Positions 1 to 10,751 of a stretch of DNA of 64,000 bases are shown piece by piece; within the stretch, counting starts at the first letter, position 1, and every line of letters starts with the position of its first letter. The stretch spans positions 1,824,001-1,888,000 of the forward strand of contig OZ223300.1 of assembly GCA_965140705.1 (NCBI GenBank), in the 5' to 3' direction. This DNA comes from an uncultured Arcobacter sp. (lineage in GTDB: Bacteria; Campylobacterota; Campylobacteria; Campylobacterales; Arcobacteraceae). A model generated the notes under the pieces. The model was not told the origin of the DNA and ran no database searches. It saw only the letters and a list, made by a program, of their open reading frames with translations. The translations under genes were made by a program, and so were the position numbers.

Positions 1-939
1 ACTTACTTTATTGTATTTTATTGCATTTGATAAGAGATTATCTATTACTTTACTTATCTTTTTCTCATCACAAAAAATTCTTACACCAGAATTTACATTT
101 TTTATAAAAGATATTTTCTTTACATCAGCCAAAGTTTTAAAATAATCAATTCGATTTAAAACTATTTTTGATAAATCCAAATCTTCATTTTGAGATATAA
201 TCTTATTATTAAGAGCCAAATAAGTCAAATCTTGATAGATATTTGAAACAGTTTTTGCACCAGTATCGATTCTTTTTAACTTTTTTTGTAATTTTGTATC
301 TTCTAAATTTGAGATTTCAATCATCTCTATATTTGTAATAATTGCACTTATTGGAGTATTTAACTCATGGGTAGTATCTTTTATAAACCTATCTAAAAGA
401 TGAAGAGAATCTCGCATAGGTCTTAAAAATAGTTTTAATAGAAAATATCCACAAATAAACATAATGGAAAAACCACAAATCAAGAAAATAGTTACTTTCT
501 TCCTAACATCTTTTATCCAAGCTTTATCTTCTGGTATCTCAAGAAGTACATATTTAGCCCCTAAATAGTATGACTCAGGTTCTTTTATATAGTGAATATA
601 GTTATTTGTAGTATAAGTTATCTCATCAAGTTTTACTTTTGGAGAAGCAAGTGTGGAAAAGATAAGATTTCTATCACTATCATAAATAGCAGAATTAAAT
701 CTTTCATCCCTTGGATAAAATTTATATTTATCAAAATTTATGTGTAAGTCTTTTAATCTTGCAATTAAATCATTTGAATACTCTTGCAAAATCAATCTTT
801 TATTTTGAAGCATCAAATCTTTTCTAAAATTGTAATATAAAAATGAAATAAACAATAAAATAACAATACAAAGTACACTATATAGTGTCAAAAAGCCCAA
901 AAGAGTCTTTTTTTCACTCTGTGGTAAATCTATATCCAA
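1..939 (-). CDS. Sensor histidine kinase (DccS/CrdS-like), 3' end runs off the window
   Basis: Not in the ORF track. Manual minus-strand translation from TTG at 939 gives MDIDLPQSEKKTLLGFLTLYSVLCIVILLF (TM), an H-box FIKDTTHELNTPIS and an N-box DNLLSNAIKYNK. It overlaps the 3' end of the response regulator. Start is approximate. Confidence 0.9.
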   Translation of the reverse strand, partial: MDIDLPQSEKKTLLGFLTLYSVLCIVILLFISFLYYNFRKDLMLQNKRLILQEYSNDLIARLKDLHINFDKYKFYPRDERFNSAIYDSDRNLIFSTLASPKVKLDEITYTTNNYIHYIKEPESYYLGAKYVLLEIPEDKAWIKDVRKKVTIFLICGFSIMFICGYFLLKLFLRPMRDSLHLLDRFIKDTTHELNTPISAIITNIEMIEISNLEDTKLQKKLKRIDTGAKTVSNIYQDLTYLALNNKIISQNEDLDLSKIVLNRIDYFKTLADVKKISFIKNVNSGVRIFCDEKKISKVIDNLLSNAIKYNKVS

Positions 940-1585
940 GCTTTTTAACACTTATTATTCTCTCTTTCCCAAATATTTTTCTTAAATTCTTTATATATGT
1001 TCTTAGGGAAAAATCACTGCTCTCTTCCCCATAATCCCAAACATATTCATAAATTTGATCATGGGATAAAATTTGATCTTGATTTTGTAAAAATAGCTTT
1101 AAAAGTTTTGTTTCTTTATTGTTTATTTTTATCTCTTCATTATTTTTAAAAAGTAAATTAGAACTTGTATCAAAAGATATATCATCTATAATATTAACTT
1201 TTGTATCAACATTATGAAAATACCCTCTTTTTAATATAGATTCTACTCTTATTAGTAACTCTTTTAGTTCAAAAGGTTTTCTAATATAATCATCACAACC
1301 TAAATCAAAACCCTTTTCAAATGATTCCATTGAATTTAATGAAGTTATAAATATGGCAGGTGTATTTATATTATCTTTTCTAAGATTCTTTAGAAGTTCA
1401 AAACCACTTAAATTTGGAACATTTACATCCAATAAAAGTAAATCAAACTTTTCTTCATATATTTTTGTATAAGCTTCTTCTCCATCATATATGGAAATTA
1501 CTTTAAAATCATTATCTTCTAAATAATCAACAATAGTCTCATTTAATGTAATATCATCTTCTAGGAGTAAAATTTTTCTTTTCAT
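914..1585 (-). CDS. OmpR-family two-component response regulator (DccR/CrdR-like)
   Basis: Receiver motifs LLLEDD, LLLLDVNVP and DDYIRKPF; winged-helix C-terminus LRTYIKNLRK...GYRF. Confidence 0.95.
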   Translation of the reverse strand: MKRKILLLEDDITLNETIVDYLEDNDFKVISIYDGEEAYTKIYEEKFDLLLLDVNVPNLSGFELLKNLRKDNINTPAIFITSLNSMESFEKGFDLGCDDYIRKPFELKELLIRVESILKRGYFHNVDTKVNIIDDISFDTSSNLLFKNNEEIKINNKETKLLKLFLQNQDQILSHDQIYEYVWDYGEESSDFSLRTYIKNLRKIFGKERIISVKKLGYRFTTE

Positions 1586-1587
1586 AT

Positions 1588-1815
1588 TTATCTTTTTGCT
1601 TTTGCTTTTTGCATATTTATTTTGTATTGTTTTTTCTCTTTTGGACTCATAGTAGAAATTCTAGATTTTAACTCTTTTTCAAATTTAACTCTATTTTCTT
1701 TTTTAACAAAACCAATAATTTCTATTAATTCTTGGGTAGACATTTCAGAATAATCAACAGCAAAAAGTGGTGTCAAAAAAAATAGAAGCACAAATATTGA
1801 TAAGATCTTTTTCAT
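1588..1815 (-). CDS. Small exported protein, DUF1104-like
   Basis: Signal peptide followed by DYSEMSTQELI and a Lys-rich helix; first gene of the two-component operon. Confidence 0.75.
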   Translation of the reverse strand: MKKILSIFVLLFFLTPLFAVDYSEMSTQELIEIIGFVKKENRVKFEKELKSRISTMSPKEKKQYKINMQKAKAKR

Positions 1816-1841
1816 GTTTTTTCTCTTTAAATTTTTAATTT

Positions 1842-1875
1842 ATCATACCATAAATTTTGTGGAAAAATTGTAAAA
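1842..1875 (-). promoter_or_regulatory. Extended -10 promoter with a DccR-like direct-repeat box
   Basis: Minus strand reads TTTTAC-AATTTT-TCCACA (1875-1858), then TGgTATGAT (1850-1842). Confidence 0.5.
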
Positions 1876-2011
1876 CAATCATCTTTTAGCTTTCTTAACT
1901 TAAGATTAAATTTATATATTTTATCTATTTATCATTATTTAATATATAATAATTAAAGTAATTATTGTATATAATACAACATTTAAATAAAGTTGTAAAA
2001 AAGGCTTAAAT

Positions 2012-2785
2012 ATGATTCAAGTAGGAAAACTTTTTCAAAAAGTTCCATATTATGTTAGAGATTTAGAGTGTGAATATAAAATAATTCATGACATCGAAGA
2101 GATAGTAGATGAATTTCTTTCTAACTATATGATGACAACTGCTGATTTATATAGTGTGTTTTCAAACAATAGAGATTCATCTACAAATTTACACTTAGTA
2201 TTTAATGATGGTGCTATGCCAAAAAGTTCAATTCATCCTGATTTTGAACATGATGTTTTTGATATTACTTTTGAAGAATTGAAAGATTCTAAAAATAAAA
2301 CTACAAAAGTAAACTCACTTATGTTTATAGAAGAGTTTCAAAATAGAAAAGAAGAAGCACTAGCAAAAACCTTTGATGAAATAATGGGTTGTGATGGTGA
2401 AGAGTTATTTATCTCACTGAAACAAGAAAAATTGGATATGTTTAATCCAAGTTCAGCAAACTTTGATCATAGAGTAAATTTAATTACAAAAAAAGAATTA
2501 ATCCTTGAAGTTTGTAAGTTATTTGACATCTCTTCTACTCGTTTATATAAACAATTAAACCCAAATATTGTAAAGCATGTATGTAAAGACTTAAATATAA
2601 CCTATAAAGTCCTAGCAAAAGAGATAGGATATAAACCTGATACTATAAATAAAGCAGCCTCATTAGGAAAAGTCTCAGAACAACTTAACAAAGCTATAAA
2701 TATGTATCTTGAAAACTTACGACTAAAAGAGTTTCTAAAAGACTTTGATGTTATGAAATCTACACTAAAGAAAATTTTAGATTGA
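2012..2785 (+). CDS. Hypothetical protein with a C-terminal XRE-like HTH
   Basis: C-terminus NIVKHVCKDLNITYKVLAKEIGYKPDTINKAAS is HTH-like; the N-terminal ~170 aa are unrecognised. Confidence 0.6.
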   Translation: MIQVGKLFQKVPYYVRDLECEYKIIHDIEEIVDEFLSNYMMTTADLYSVFSNNRDSSTNLHLVFNDGAMPKSSIHPDFEHDVFDITFEELKDSKNKTTKVNSLMFIEEFQNRKEEALAKTFDEIMGCDGEELFISLKQEKLDMFNPSSANFDHRVNLITKKELILEVCKLFDISSTRLYKQLNPNIVKHVCKDLNITYKVLAKEIGYKPDTINKAASLGKVSEQLNKAINMYLENLRLKEFLKDFDVMKSTLKKILD

Positions 2786-2822
2786 TTATATTAGAATCAA
2801 ATCAAAATAAGAAAGAGAATAA

Positions 2823-3113
2823 ATGATAAAAAATATTTTACTTATATGCCTTACAGTAGGCATATTTACTGGCTGTTTTTTTAATGGGGAAAAAAAAGAA
2901 GAGTGGACTTCATATATCTATCCTGATAAAACAAATACAAAAAGAAGCATGATTTCACCTACTAAGTTTCCTACTTTTGCAAGCTGTAGAGACGTATCCT
3001 TAGGCGTTTTAAAAGAAAAAGGCTTAGAGACAAAAGGAACCTTTAAATGTGGTAAAAACTGTTCTTATCACGAAGGTATGAAAGTTGATATTTGCGAAGA
3101 GATGAAACAATAA
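2823..3113 (+). CDS. Small lipoprotein, hypothetical
   Basis: Lipobox-like IFTGC after a hydrophobic stretch; four further Cys. Confidence 0.7.
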   Translation: MIKNILLICLTVGIFTGCFFNGEKKEEWTSYIYPDKTNTKRSMISPTKFPTFASCRDVSLGVLKEKGLETKGTFKCGKNCSYHEGMKVDICEEMKQ

Positions 3114-3433
3114 AGGTACAACTATAAGCCGCGTTTTGTATTAGACAATAATTTATCTAGTTGTTAAATTACTTAAACAATCCTGCGAAGAGAAAAACTG
3201 TGAAGTTAAATACCGTCTCTTCTTGCTGCGGGTTGGGTTTACATAGCTGTTAAGATTACTCAAAACACTGGTAAGCTCTTACCTTACCCTTTCACCCTTA
3301 CCATAAATGGCGGTTTACTTTCTGTTGCACTATCCCTTAGGTTTCCCTAGCCATCCTTTAGATGGAACCCTACTTCACTGCAGCCCGGACTTTCCTCTTG
3401 AATTTCTTCAAGCTATTGTCTGTTGTACCTTTA
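3111..3433 (-). ncRNA. rnpB: RNase P RNA
   Basis: Minus strand has GAGGAAAGTCCGGGC near the 5' end and ACAAAACGCGGCTTAT near the 3' end. The terminal P1 helix is formed by 3112-3122 aaaggtacaac and 3422-3432 gttgtaccttt. Confidence 0.95.
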
Positions 3434-3459
3434 AGTTTGGAATTTTAGCTAAAAAATAA

Positions 3460-3987
3460 TTACTTTCTTATTATGTCATAGTTCTCAGGTGGTAAAAATT
3501 TAAATAAATCATCATCTATTTCTACATTTTGTTTTACATTAGAAAAAGTGATAGTAACACTATTTTCAAGGGCATCTTTATATTCAATTTTATTTATTTT
3601 ATTATCTTTTAAAAAAAGATTATATTTTACATCATAAATATCTGCTACATATTTATTTTTTGATACTTCTTTTGCATTTTTTATAAGATTAAAAATATCA
3701 ATTTCATTTTTTAGTTTAGTTAATATAGCTTGTTCTAATTCTGGTTCATCAATAATGGCAAAATCATTTACAATATATACACTTTTTATGATAGGTTTTT
3801 TATATTGCCACAAAATATAGTATGGATCTTTTAAATATAAATGTCCACTATAAAAAATTTCTTTTTTTGATGGATTTATAATTTTTTGTTCAAAATCTGC
3901 ATCAAATGACTTGATATTATTCAAAGGAGATGCTTCCAAAAATACAGATAATAGAAACATTACAACAAAAATCGCTTTATAAAACAT
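3460..3987 (-). CDS. lolA: Outer-membrane lipoprotein chaperone LolA
   Basis: Signal peptide, SFDADFEQ, W-x-Y-x-K-P and EPELEQA motifs; divergent from secA. Confidence 0.88.
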   Translation of the reverse strand: MFYKAIFVVMFLLSVFLEASPLNNIKSFDADFEQKIINPSKKEIFYSGHLYLKDPYYILWQYKKPIIKSVYIVNDFAIIDEPELEQAILTKLKNEIDIFNLIKNAKEVSKNKYVADIYDVKYNLFLKDNKINKIEYKDALENSVTITFSNVKQNVEIDDDLFKFLPPENYDIIRK

Positions 3988-4044
3988 AATTTAACCTTCT
4001 TTTTTATATAATCATCGGATTATAACGGAAAAGGACTATATTTT

Positions 4045-6657
4045 ATGTTAAATATTTTTTCAAAAATTTTTGGTACGAGAAATGATAAAGAAGTAAAGAG
4101 ATATAAGAAAAGAGCTGAAGCAATAACTCTACTTGAGCCAAAGTATGAGCAAATGAGCGATGATGAGATAAAAGCTAAATTTGAGACTTTAAAAAGTGAT
4201 GTTCAAAGTGAATCAGTAAAATTAAATGATATTTTAAATGATGTATTTGCCATAGTTAGGGAAGCTAGTAAAAGAGTCCTAAATATGCGACATTATGATG
4301 TTCAATTAATAGGTGGTATGGTTTTAAATGATGGAAGAATAGCAGAGATGAAGACTGGTGAGGGGAAAACTTTAGTTGCCTCATTACCAGTTGTATTAAA
4401 TGCTATGACAGGTAAAGGAGTTCATGTAGTTACAGTAAATGACTATCTTGCGTCTAGAGATGCTGCTGAACTATCACCTTTATATAACTTCCTTGGATTT
4501 ACTGTTGGTACAATATTAGGGGATATTAGAGATGAAGAAGAGAGAAAAGCTCAATATGCTTGTGATATCACTTATGGTACAAATAACGAGTTTGGGTTTG
4601 ATTATTTAAGAGATAACATGAACTATGACTTAAATGAGTGTGTTCAAAGACAACATCACTTTGTAATCGTAGATGAAGTGGATTCAATCTTAATTGATGA
4701 AGCAAGAACTCCTCTTATCATATCAGGACCTTCAAATAGAAAAGGATCAGATTATGCAAAAGCTGATCAAATCGCCAAAAAGCTTGAAAAAGGTGAAAAA
4801 ATTGAACCTAAAAGAGCTGATGAATCAGCTATTACAACTGGTGACTTTATCGTTGATGAAAAAAGTAAATCTGTACTTTTAACAGAACAAGGTCAAAAGA
4901 AAGCAGAAGAGTTATTTGGAGTTGAAAATCTTTATTTGCTTGAAAATGCAACACTTTCTCATACTTTAGACCAAGCACTTAAAGCTAACTATGTATTTGA
5001 AATAGATGTTGATTATGTAGTAAAAGACAACGAAGTAATCATTGTAGATGAATTTACAGGTAGATTAAGTGAAGGGAGAAGATTCTCTGAAGGTTTACAC
5101 CAAGCACTTGAAGCAAAAGAGAATGTTTCTATTCAAGATGAGTCACAAACATTGGCAGATATCACATTTCAAAATTACTTCAGAATGTATGATAAACTAG
5201 CTGGTATGACAGGTACAGCCCAAACAGAAGCGACAGAATTTGCTGAGATTTATAACCTTGATGTTGTATCTATTCCAACAAATGTTCCTGTTACAAGAAT
5301 TGATAAAAATGACCTTATTTATAAAAGTGAAAGGGAAAAATTTGATGCAGTTTGTAATAAAATTGCAGAGCTACATAAAAAAGGGCAACCAGTACTTGTA
5401 GGTACTGCTTCAATTGAAAAATCAGAAAAATTACATGAAATATTAAAACAAAAGAAAATACCTCATACAGTTTTAAATGCAAAACAACATGAAAAAGAGG
5501 GAAAAATAATTGCTGATGCTGGACAAAAAGGTGCAGTAACAATTGCTACAAATATGGCAGGACGGGGAGTTGATATTAAATTAACTCAAGAAATTCTAGA
5601 CCTTGGTGGATTAGCAATCATAGGAACAGAAAGACACGAAAGTAGAAGAATTGATAATCAGTTAAGAGGAAGAGCTGGTCGTCAAGGTGATGTGGGTGAA
5701 TCTCAATTTTATCTATCATTAGAAGATAATCTTCTAAGAATATTTGGAAGTGATAAAATCAAAGGTATCATGGAAAGATTAGGCATTGAAGAAGGTGAAC
5801 ATATCGAATCTAAAATGGTTACACGTGCTGTTGAAAATGCACAGAAAAAAGTGGAAACAATGCACTTTGAGAGTAGAAAACACCTTTTAGAATATGATGA
5901 TGTTGCAAATAAACAAAGAAAAGTGATATACAGCTTTAGAAATGATTTATTAGACCCTAATTTTAAAATTACTGAAAAACTTGATGAAAATAGAGCCGAA
6001 TATATTTCAAACTTACTTATGCATGCAAATATCATAAATGGTATGGCAGCAGAAGATTTTGATTATGACTTTATTATTAACAAAGTAAAAGAAGAATTAA
6101 ACTTAGAACTTACATTAGAAAATATAAGATCAGAATCTTTTGATGATTTACAAGAAAAACTACTTACAATCATAAAAGAAGTATATGAAGAAAAAATGAG
6201 TATGGCAGCTCCTGAACAAAAAGCTGAAATAGAAAGAATTCTTTACTTACAAATTCTTGATAATGCTTGGAGAGAGCACTTATACTCAATGGATAACCTA
6301 AAAACGGGTATAGGTCTACGAGGTTATAACCAAAAAGATCCATTAGTTGAATATAAAAAAGAATCTTACAATATGTTCTTAGAGCTTATTGCAAATATTA
6401 AAAATGAAATTGTCAAAATATTATTCACAGTTCAATTAAGAGATTCACAAGAAGAAGAGAAAGAAAAAGAAGCAATTGAAGCTATGAGAGCAAAAATGAT
6501 AGAAGCTTCTGAAAATATATCAACTAATTTTGAAGAAGTTCCAAGAGCAGAAAAGAAAATAGCTAGAAATGATCCTTGTCCTTGTGGTAGTGGGAAAAAA
6601 TATAAACAATGTTGTGGAGTAAGTGGTCCTAAAAGAGGATTAGTAGCAGGTAAATAA
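4045..6657 (+). CDS. secA: Preprotein translocase ATPase SecA
   Basis: [27 protein letters not shown], and C-terminal SEC-C motif [13 protein letters not shown]. Confidence 0.99.
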   Translation: MLNIFSKIFGTRNDKEVKRYKKRAEAITLLEPKYEQMSDDEIKAKFETLKSDVQSESVKLNDILNDVFAIVREASKRVLNMRHYDVQLIGGMVLNDGRIAEMKTGEGKTLVASLPVVLNAMTGKGVHVVTVNDYLASRDAAELSPLYNFLGFTVGTILGDIRDEEERKAQYACDITYGTNNEFGFDYLRDNMNYDLNECVQRQHHFVIVDEVDSILIDEARTPLIISGPSNRKGSDYAKADQIAKKLEKGEKIEPKRADESAITTGDFIVDEKSKSVLLTEQGQKKAEELFGVENLYLLENATLSHTLDQALKANYVFEIDVDYVVKDNEVIIVDEFTGRLSEGRRFSEGLHQALEAKENVSIQDESQTLADITFQNYFRMYDKLAGMTGTAQTEATEFAEIYNLDVVSIPTNVPVTRIDKNDLIYKSEREKFDAVCNKIAELHKKGQPVLVGTASIEKSEKLHEILKQKKIPHTVLNAKQHEKEGKIIADAGQKGAVTIATNMAGRGVDIKLTQEILDLGGLAIIGTERHESRRIDNQLRGRAGRQGDVGESQFYLSLEDNLLRIFGSDKIKGIMERLGIEEGEHIESKMVTRAVENAQKKVETMHFESRKHLLEYDDVANKQRKVIYSFRNDLLDPNFKITEKLDENRAEYISNLLMHANIINGMAAEDFDYDFIINKVKEELNLELTLENIRSESFDDLQEKLLTIIKEVYEEKMSMAAPEQKAEIERILYLQILDNAWREHLYSMDNLKTGIGLRGYNQKDPLVEYKKESYNMFLELIANIKNEIVKILFTVQLRDSQEEEKEKEAIEAMRAKMIEASENISTNFEEVPRAEKKIARNDPCPCGSGKKYKQCCGVSGPKRGLVAGK

Positions 6658-6658
6658 T

Positions 6659-7867
6659 TTGAATAATCAACTTATTAACTTTATTGTCAAAAAATACTTA
6701 AAATTTGACAAAAAGAACCCTTTTATATCAATAAGTGCAATTTTGGCATTTGTTGGTGTAGCTGTGGGTGTTATGGTGCTTATCATAACAATGGCTATTA
6801 TGAATGGAACAGAAAAAGAGTTTAAAGATAAACTTTTTACTATGAATTATCCTTTATCTGTATATGCAAAGTTCGGAAATGGCATAAATGATGATTTACT
6901 TAATCATCTTGAAAAAAAATTTCCAAATCTAAAGTTTTCTCCATATATATCTTCGCAAGCAATAGTCCAACATGATGAAAAGATATCAGGTGGTCTAATT
7001 TTTGGTGTTGATCCCAAAAGAGAAGCTAAGATAAACTCTATTTACGCAAAAGCTACAAAAAACCTAGTGTTAAACAAGTATGATTTAATTACAGGAATTG
7101 GAACATCTGATAAACTTTATTTATACGATGATAGTAAAGTAACAATGTATTTTACCTCTTTAAATCCAAATGGCTTTTCAATGATGCCAAAAATGAAAAG
7201 ATTTAACTACAAAGGCTCTTTTCGTTCAGGATTAAATGCATACGATAATTCATATATGTACACATCAGCTGCTGCTTTAAGAACAATACTAAGAAAAAAA
7301 GATGATTATTATGATGGTATTCATATTTATTCAAATGATGCCTTTAATGACATAAAACTATTAGAAAAAGATCTTCAAAAATACCCAAGTGTTGGAGTAA
7401 TTGGATGGTGGCAACAAAATGGAAACTTTTTCTCTGCAATGGCTTTAGAGAAAAAAGCTCTTTTTGTTGTTTTGATGTTGATTATATTAGTAGCTTCACT
7501 TAATATCATTTCATCATTACTTATGACAGTTATGAGTAGAAGAAAAGAAATAGCCCTACTTTTATCAATGGGTGCAACAAATAAAGAGATAAAGAAAATA
7601 TTTTTAAAACTTGGTATTGTAATTGGTTTTTCTGGTATTATAATTGGTACATTATTAGGTTTTTTTGGTATTTTTATACTTGATAATTTTAATATTATCT
7701 CTCTTCCAGCTGATGTTTATGGAACAAGTAAACTTCCTTTGGATTTAGATATGATTGACTTCATATCAATTATAATTGGTTCAGTAATAATTATATTATT
7801 ATCTTCATATTATCCTGCCTCAAAAGCTACTAAAATTGATGTTATTGATGTCCTAAGAAATGAATAA
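6659..7867 (+). CDS. Lipoprotein-releasing ABC transporter permease (LolC/E family)
   Basis: GVAVGVMVLIITMAIMNG, NIISSLLMTVMSRRKEIALLLSMGA and YYPASKA motifs; TTG start. Confidence 0.9.
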   Translation: MNNQLINFIVKKYLKFDKKNPFISISAILAFVGVAVGVMVLIITMAIMNGTEKEFKDKLFTMNYPLSVYAKFGNGINDDLLNHLEKKFPNLKFSPYISSQAIVQHDEKISGGLIFGVDPKREAKINSIYAKATKNLVLNKYDLITGIGTSDKLYLYDDSKVTMYFTSLNPNGFSMMPKMKRFNYKGSFRSGLNAYDNSYMYTSAAALRTILRKKDDYYDGIHIYSNDAFNDIKLLEKDLQKYPSVGVIGWWQQNGNFFSAMALEKKALFVVLMLIILVASLNIISSLLMTVMSRRKEIALLLSMGATNKEIKKIFLKLGIVIGFSGIIIGTLLGFFGIFILDNFNIISLPADVYGTSKLPLDLDMIDFISIIIGSVIIILLSSYYPASKATKIDVIDVLRNE

Positions 7868-7871
7868 ACTT

Positions 7872-10751
7872 TTACTTCCCAAATAGCTTTGCTGGTGAAG
7901 TAATTATTCTTTTTATAACGTCAATTGGTGCTGAAATAGAATCTTTTGCCAAATTTGTATTTATTTTAGGGTCATTTAAACTACCTGTAATATCGACTTT
8001 TGTAGATACTCTTTTATCATCACCTAAAAAGATATAACTTAAACCTGGTATATAACTAACTATCTTACTATAATCTTTCATAAAAATTAAATCAACACTT
8101 GAATCTATAGTTGAATCTTTTAGATTAATTGTTGCATAACCGTCAAAATCAACTGAATTACCAATTGTATGTATCTTAATCAAATTTAATATTTTGTTAT
8201 CAAAATCATAAGTGAAATCTACATACCCTTCATTTACAGCATATCCATTTAGATTAAAACCACCATTTGTAACCATTCCAAAAACGGCAGGAATAGCTAA
8301 TAAAGGATTTATAAGTGCAGGGCTTGTATTTACTAAAGTAATGATATTATTTAATATATTTAAATTTAATAATCTATTTTTATTAAAAAGCATTTTCCCA
8401 GTCATAAAATTGTATTTCCCATCAGCAGTTAAGGAAAAAGTTCCTCCTTTTATAAGCTCTTTATCAAAAAAAGTATTTACAAAGTTATCATTAATATTTT
8501 TAGCATCTAAACTAATATTTTTATAGATATCTCTTGTATATCTTATTTTTCCATTTAAATAATCTAAATCAAATATCGCTTTGTTTCCATTTGAAGTAAT
8601 ATTATATTTATCTGCTAAAACCTTATATTTATCATTTACAATTATATTTGAATCTTTACCTTCAATTTTCACTTTTTTATACTTATCTACCCTTGAAGTT
8701 TCAGTATCATACATCAAATCATAGTTTTTTAGTTTTAAATAGAAATCATTATCATTTTTCAAAGTTAAATCAATATTTTTATCTTTTGAAATAACTTTTA
8801 TTAAATCTTTTTTAGAATATCCTTTTATATTTAAAGTATCTATTTTCTTTTTCCCATTACTAATTGGAATATCAAGTTTTCCAAAAGTACCATCAAAAAA
8901 TACATTGTCTTTTATTAAATCTATATTTGAATCTATAGAATAAAAACTATTATCTTTTAAAAATATATTGGAATTTATTAATCTAATACTTAAGTCTTGT
9001 CCTAAACTATTTTTTTCTTTATCATCAGTTAAATCAATATCATAAGAGTTAATTATCAAATTAATTTTATCCTTTATAATATCGATTTTAAGATCATTGG
9101 AATATGTATTTATAGTAGTTTTTTTATCATTTATCAATCCAAATAATCTTAAAGTATCTACTTTTTTGCCATCTTTTTTTAGTGGTAATTTAAGATCATA
9201 CAAATTTGTCAAAAAGTTAATATTATTTTTATCATCTAATTTTATATCTATGTCACCTTTTTTTATATCTAAATCTTTTAAAAGTTTTGAATATGGATAA
9301 ACTTTCCCTATATCTTTAATATTTATATCTGTAGCATCTTTTTGAAATAAAATTTGGGTATCCAAATCATTAATAGTAAATTTTGTATTCTCTTTAAAAT
9401 TTATGGCAAAATCAATTTTTTTATTTTCCATATTTACAATTTCTTGATTATCACTTTTTATTAAAAGTTTATTCAATAAAGCATTACCCTTTGAATCCAT
9501 AGTTTTAGTATTAATTTTTAAATTTACTTTTGCATCTATCATATCTTTATGGGCAAAATCAGTATCTTTTATAATTACATCGCTATTTATTAAATCAACA
9601 CTTCCTTGTTTTGAGTAAAATTCAAAATCATTTATCTTAAAAGTTGAATCTTTACTTTTAAATACACCAAAAGTCTTCATAGGAGAATCATAGGGTATAT
9701 ATAAGTGCACATTAGCATCAGTTTTACCTGATAGTTGTTTTATAGGAAGATTTATCTTATAGGCTTTTAAAATGCCTAAGACATTATCATCAAGCATGTG
9801 AGTAGCTTTTAAAGTTACATCCACATGTCCATCTTTTAAACTTGTCATATCATGTATATCCACAAAACTACCATCAATACTTATACCTTTAAAAATAGGC
9901 TTTTTTAAATTAATTAATAAATTATCATTTTGATATTGTATATTTATAAGTGGAGTTTCTACAGCATCCAAATCATTATGAAACTTAACTTTTGCATCTG
10001 TAACTCTTGCATATCCTTTAATACTTTTTAAAATAGGTGTTAAAGTTTTTAAATTAATTTTTCCATACAAATAATCTAAGTAAATTTTTCCTTTTACATT
10101 ATCATACATCCATGATTCAGCTATTTTGTCTAGTCTTACATATTTTTTCAAGAATTTTATATTTTTCATCTCACCAGAATTTATAAAAAAATCAAGTTCA
10201 TCTTTCGATGATTGAATATTTAATTTACCACTTGCCAAATTTTCGTAATCATAATTTCCTAAAAAAACTAAAATATTGTTATGTAAATCTAATTTTATTT
10301 TTCCTAATAGCAATAAATCAATATCTTTTAAATAAATAGAATAAATATTTAATTTTAGAACATCACCCTCTTTTGAATACTGTGAAGCTATATTTACAAA
10401 CTTATTATCCACATAAATATAATCATCATCTAGTCTTATTTTAAAAGTATTATCTGCTATTTTCATAGTTTCAATATCAATACTTTGAAATAAATCAAGA
10501 ATCATAGGAGCTTTACTTATCATAGACTTTATATCTTCAAATGAGCTATGAACTTTTGTTTTTTTGTTTTTTATATCTATTTCATCTATTCGTAAAATGA
10601 GCTTTTTATCAATTTTAATATAAAATTTCGAAACTGAAAAATTACCAAAAGAGAATGAATCCAAATTGATACCATTAATTAAGAAAAAAACTAAAAATGA
10701 CATTAGTGATAAAAAGAATAAAATAAAAGCAATAATTTTTTTTAGTAACAT
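7872..10751 (-). CDS. YhdP/AsmA-like envelope protein (DUF3971 / AsmA-like C-terminus)
   Basis: N-terminal TM, long beta-rich body and an AsmA-type C-terminus (V.ITGSLNDPKI). ATG at 10751 preferred over the track start at 10781. Confidence 0.75.
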   Translation of the reverse strand: MLLKKIIAFILFFLSLMSFLVFFLINGINLDSFSFGNFSVSKFYIKIDKKLILRIDEIDIKNKKTKVHSSFEDIKSMISKAPMILDLFQSIDIETMKIADNTFKIRLDDDYIYVDNKFVNIASQYSKEGDVLKLNIYSIYLKDIDLLLLGKIKLDLHNNILVFLGNYDYENLASGKLNIQSSKDELDFFINSGEMKNIKFLKKYVRLDKIAESWMYDNVKGKIYLDYLYGKINLKTLTPILKSIKGYARVTDAKVKFHNDLDAVETPLINIQYQNDNLLINLKKPIFKGISIDGSFVDIHDMTSLKDGHVDVTLKATHMLDDNVLGILKAYKINLPIKQLSGKTDANVHLYIPYDSPMKTFGVFKSKDSTFKINDFEFYSKQGSVDLINSDVIIKDTDFAHKDMIDAKVNLKINTKTMDSKGNALLNKLLIKSDNQEIVNMENKKIDFAINFKENTKFTINDLDTQILFQKDATDINIKDIGKVYPYSKLLKDLDIKKGDIDIKLDDKNNINFLTNLYDLKLPLKKDGKKVDTLRLFGLINDKKTTINTYSNDLKIDIIKDKINLIINSYDIDLTDDKEKNSLGQDLSIRLINSNIFLKDNSFYSIDSNIDLIKDNVFFDGTFGKLDIPISNGKKKIDTLNIKGYSKKDLIKVISKDKNIDLTLKNDNDFYLKLKNYDLMYDTETSRVDKYKKVKIEGKDSNIIVNDKYKVLADKYNITSNGNKAIFDLDYLNGKIRYTRDIYKNISLDAKNINDNFVNTFFDKELIKGGTFSLTADGKYNFMTGKMLFNKNRLLNLNILNNIITLVNTSPALINPLLAIPAVFGMVTNGGFNLNGYAVNEGYVDFTYDFDNKILNLIKIHTIGNSVDFDGYATINLKDSTIDSSVDLIFMKDYSKIVSYIPGLSYIFLGDDKRVSTKVDITGSLNDPKINTNLAKDSISAPIDVIKRIITSPAKLFGK

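Noticed and set aside
1900..1916. 17-mer TTAAGATTAAATTTATA repeated at 34882-34898, each 85 bp upstream of a minus-strand start; partial inverted copy near 40585
   Set aside because: It is nearly all A/T, so a chance match in these intergenic regions is plausible, and its distance to candidate -10 elements is inconsistent.
4694..6035. Short alternative-frame and antisense ORFs inside secA (and similar ones inside yhdP, mdh, cbpA, ftsZ, recD2, hslU, hisS and the acnA-like gene)
   Set aside because: They are nested in well-supported genes, have no recognisable motifs, and show the composition typical of shadow ORFs.
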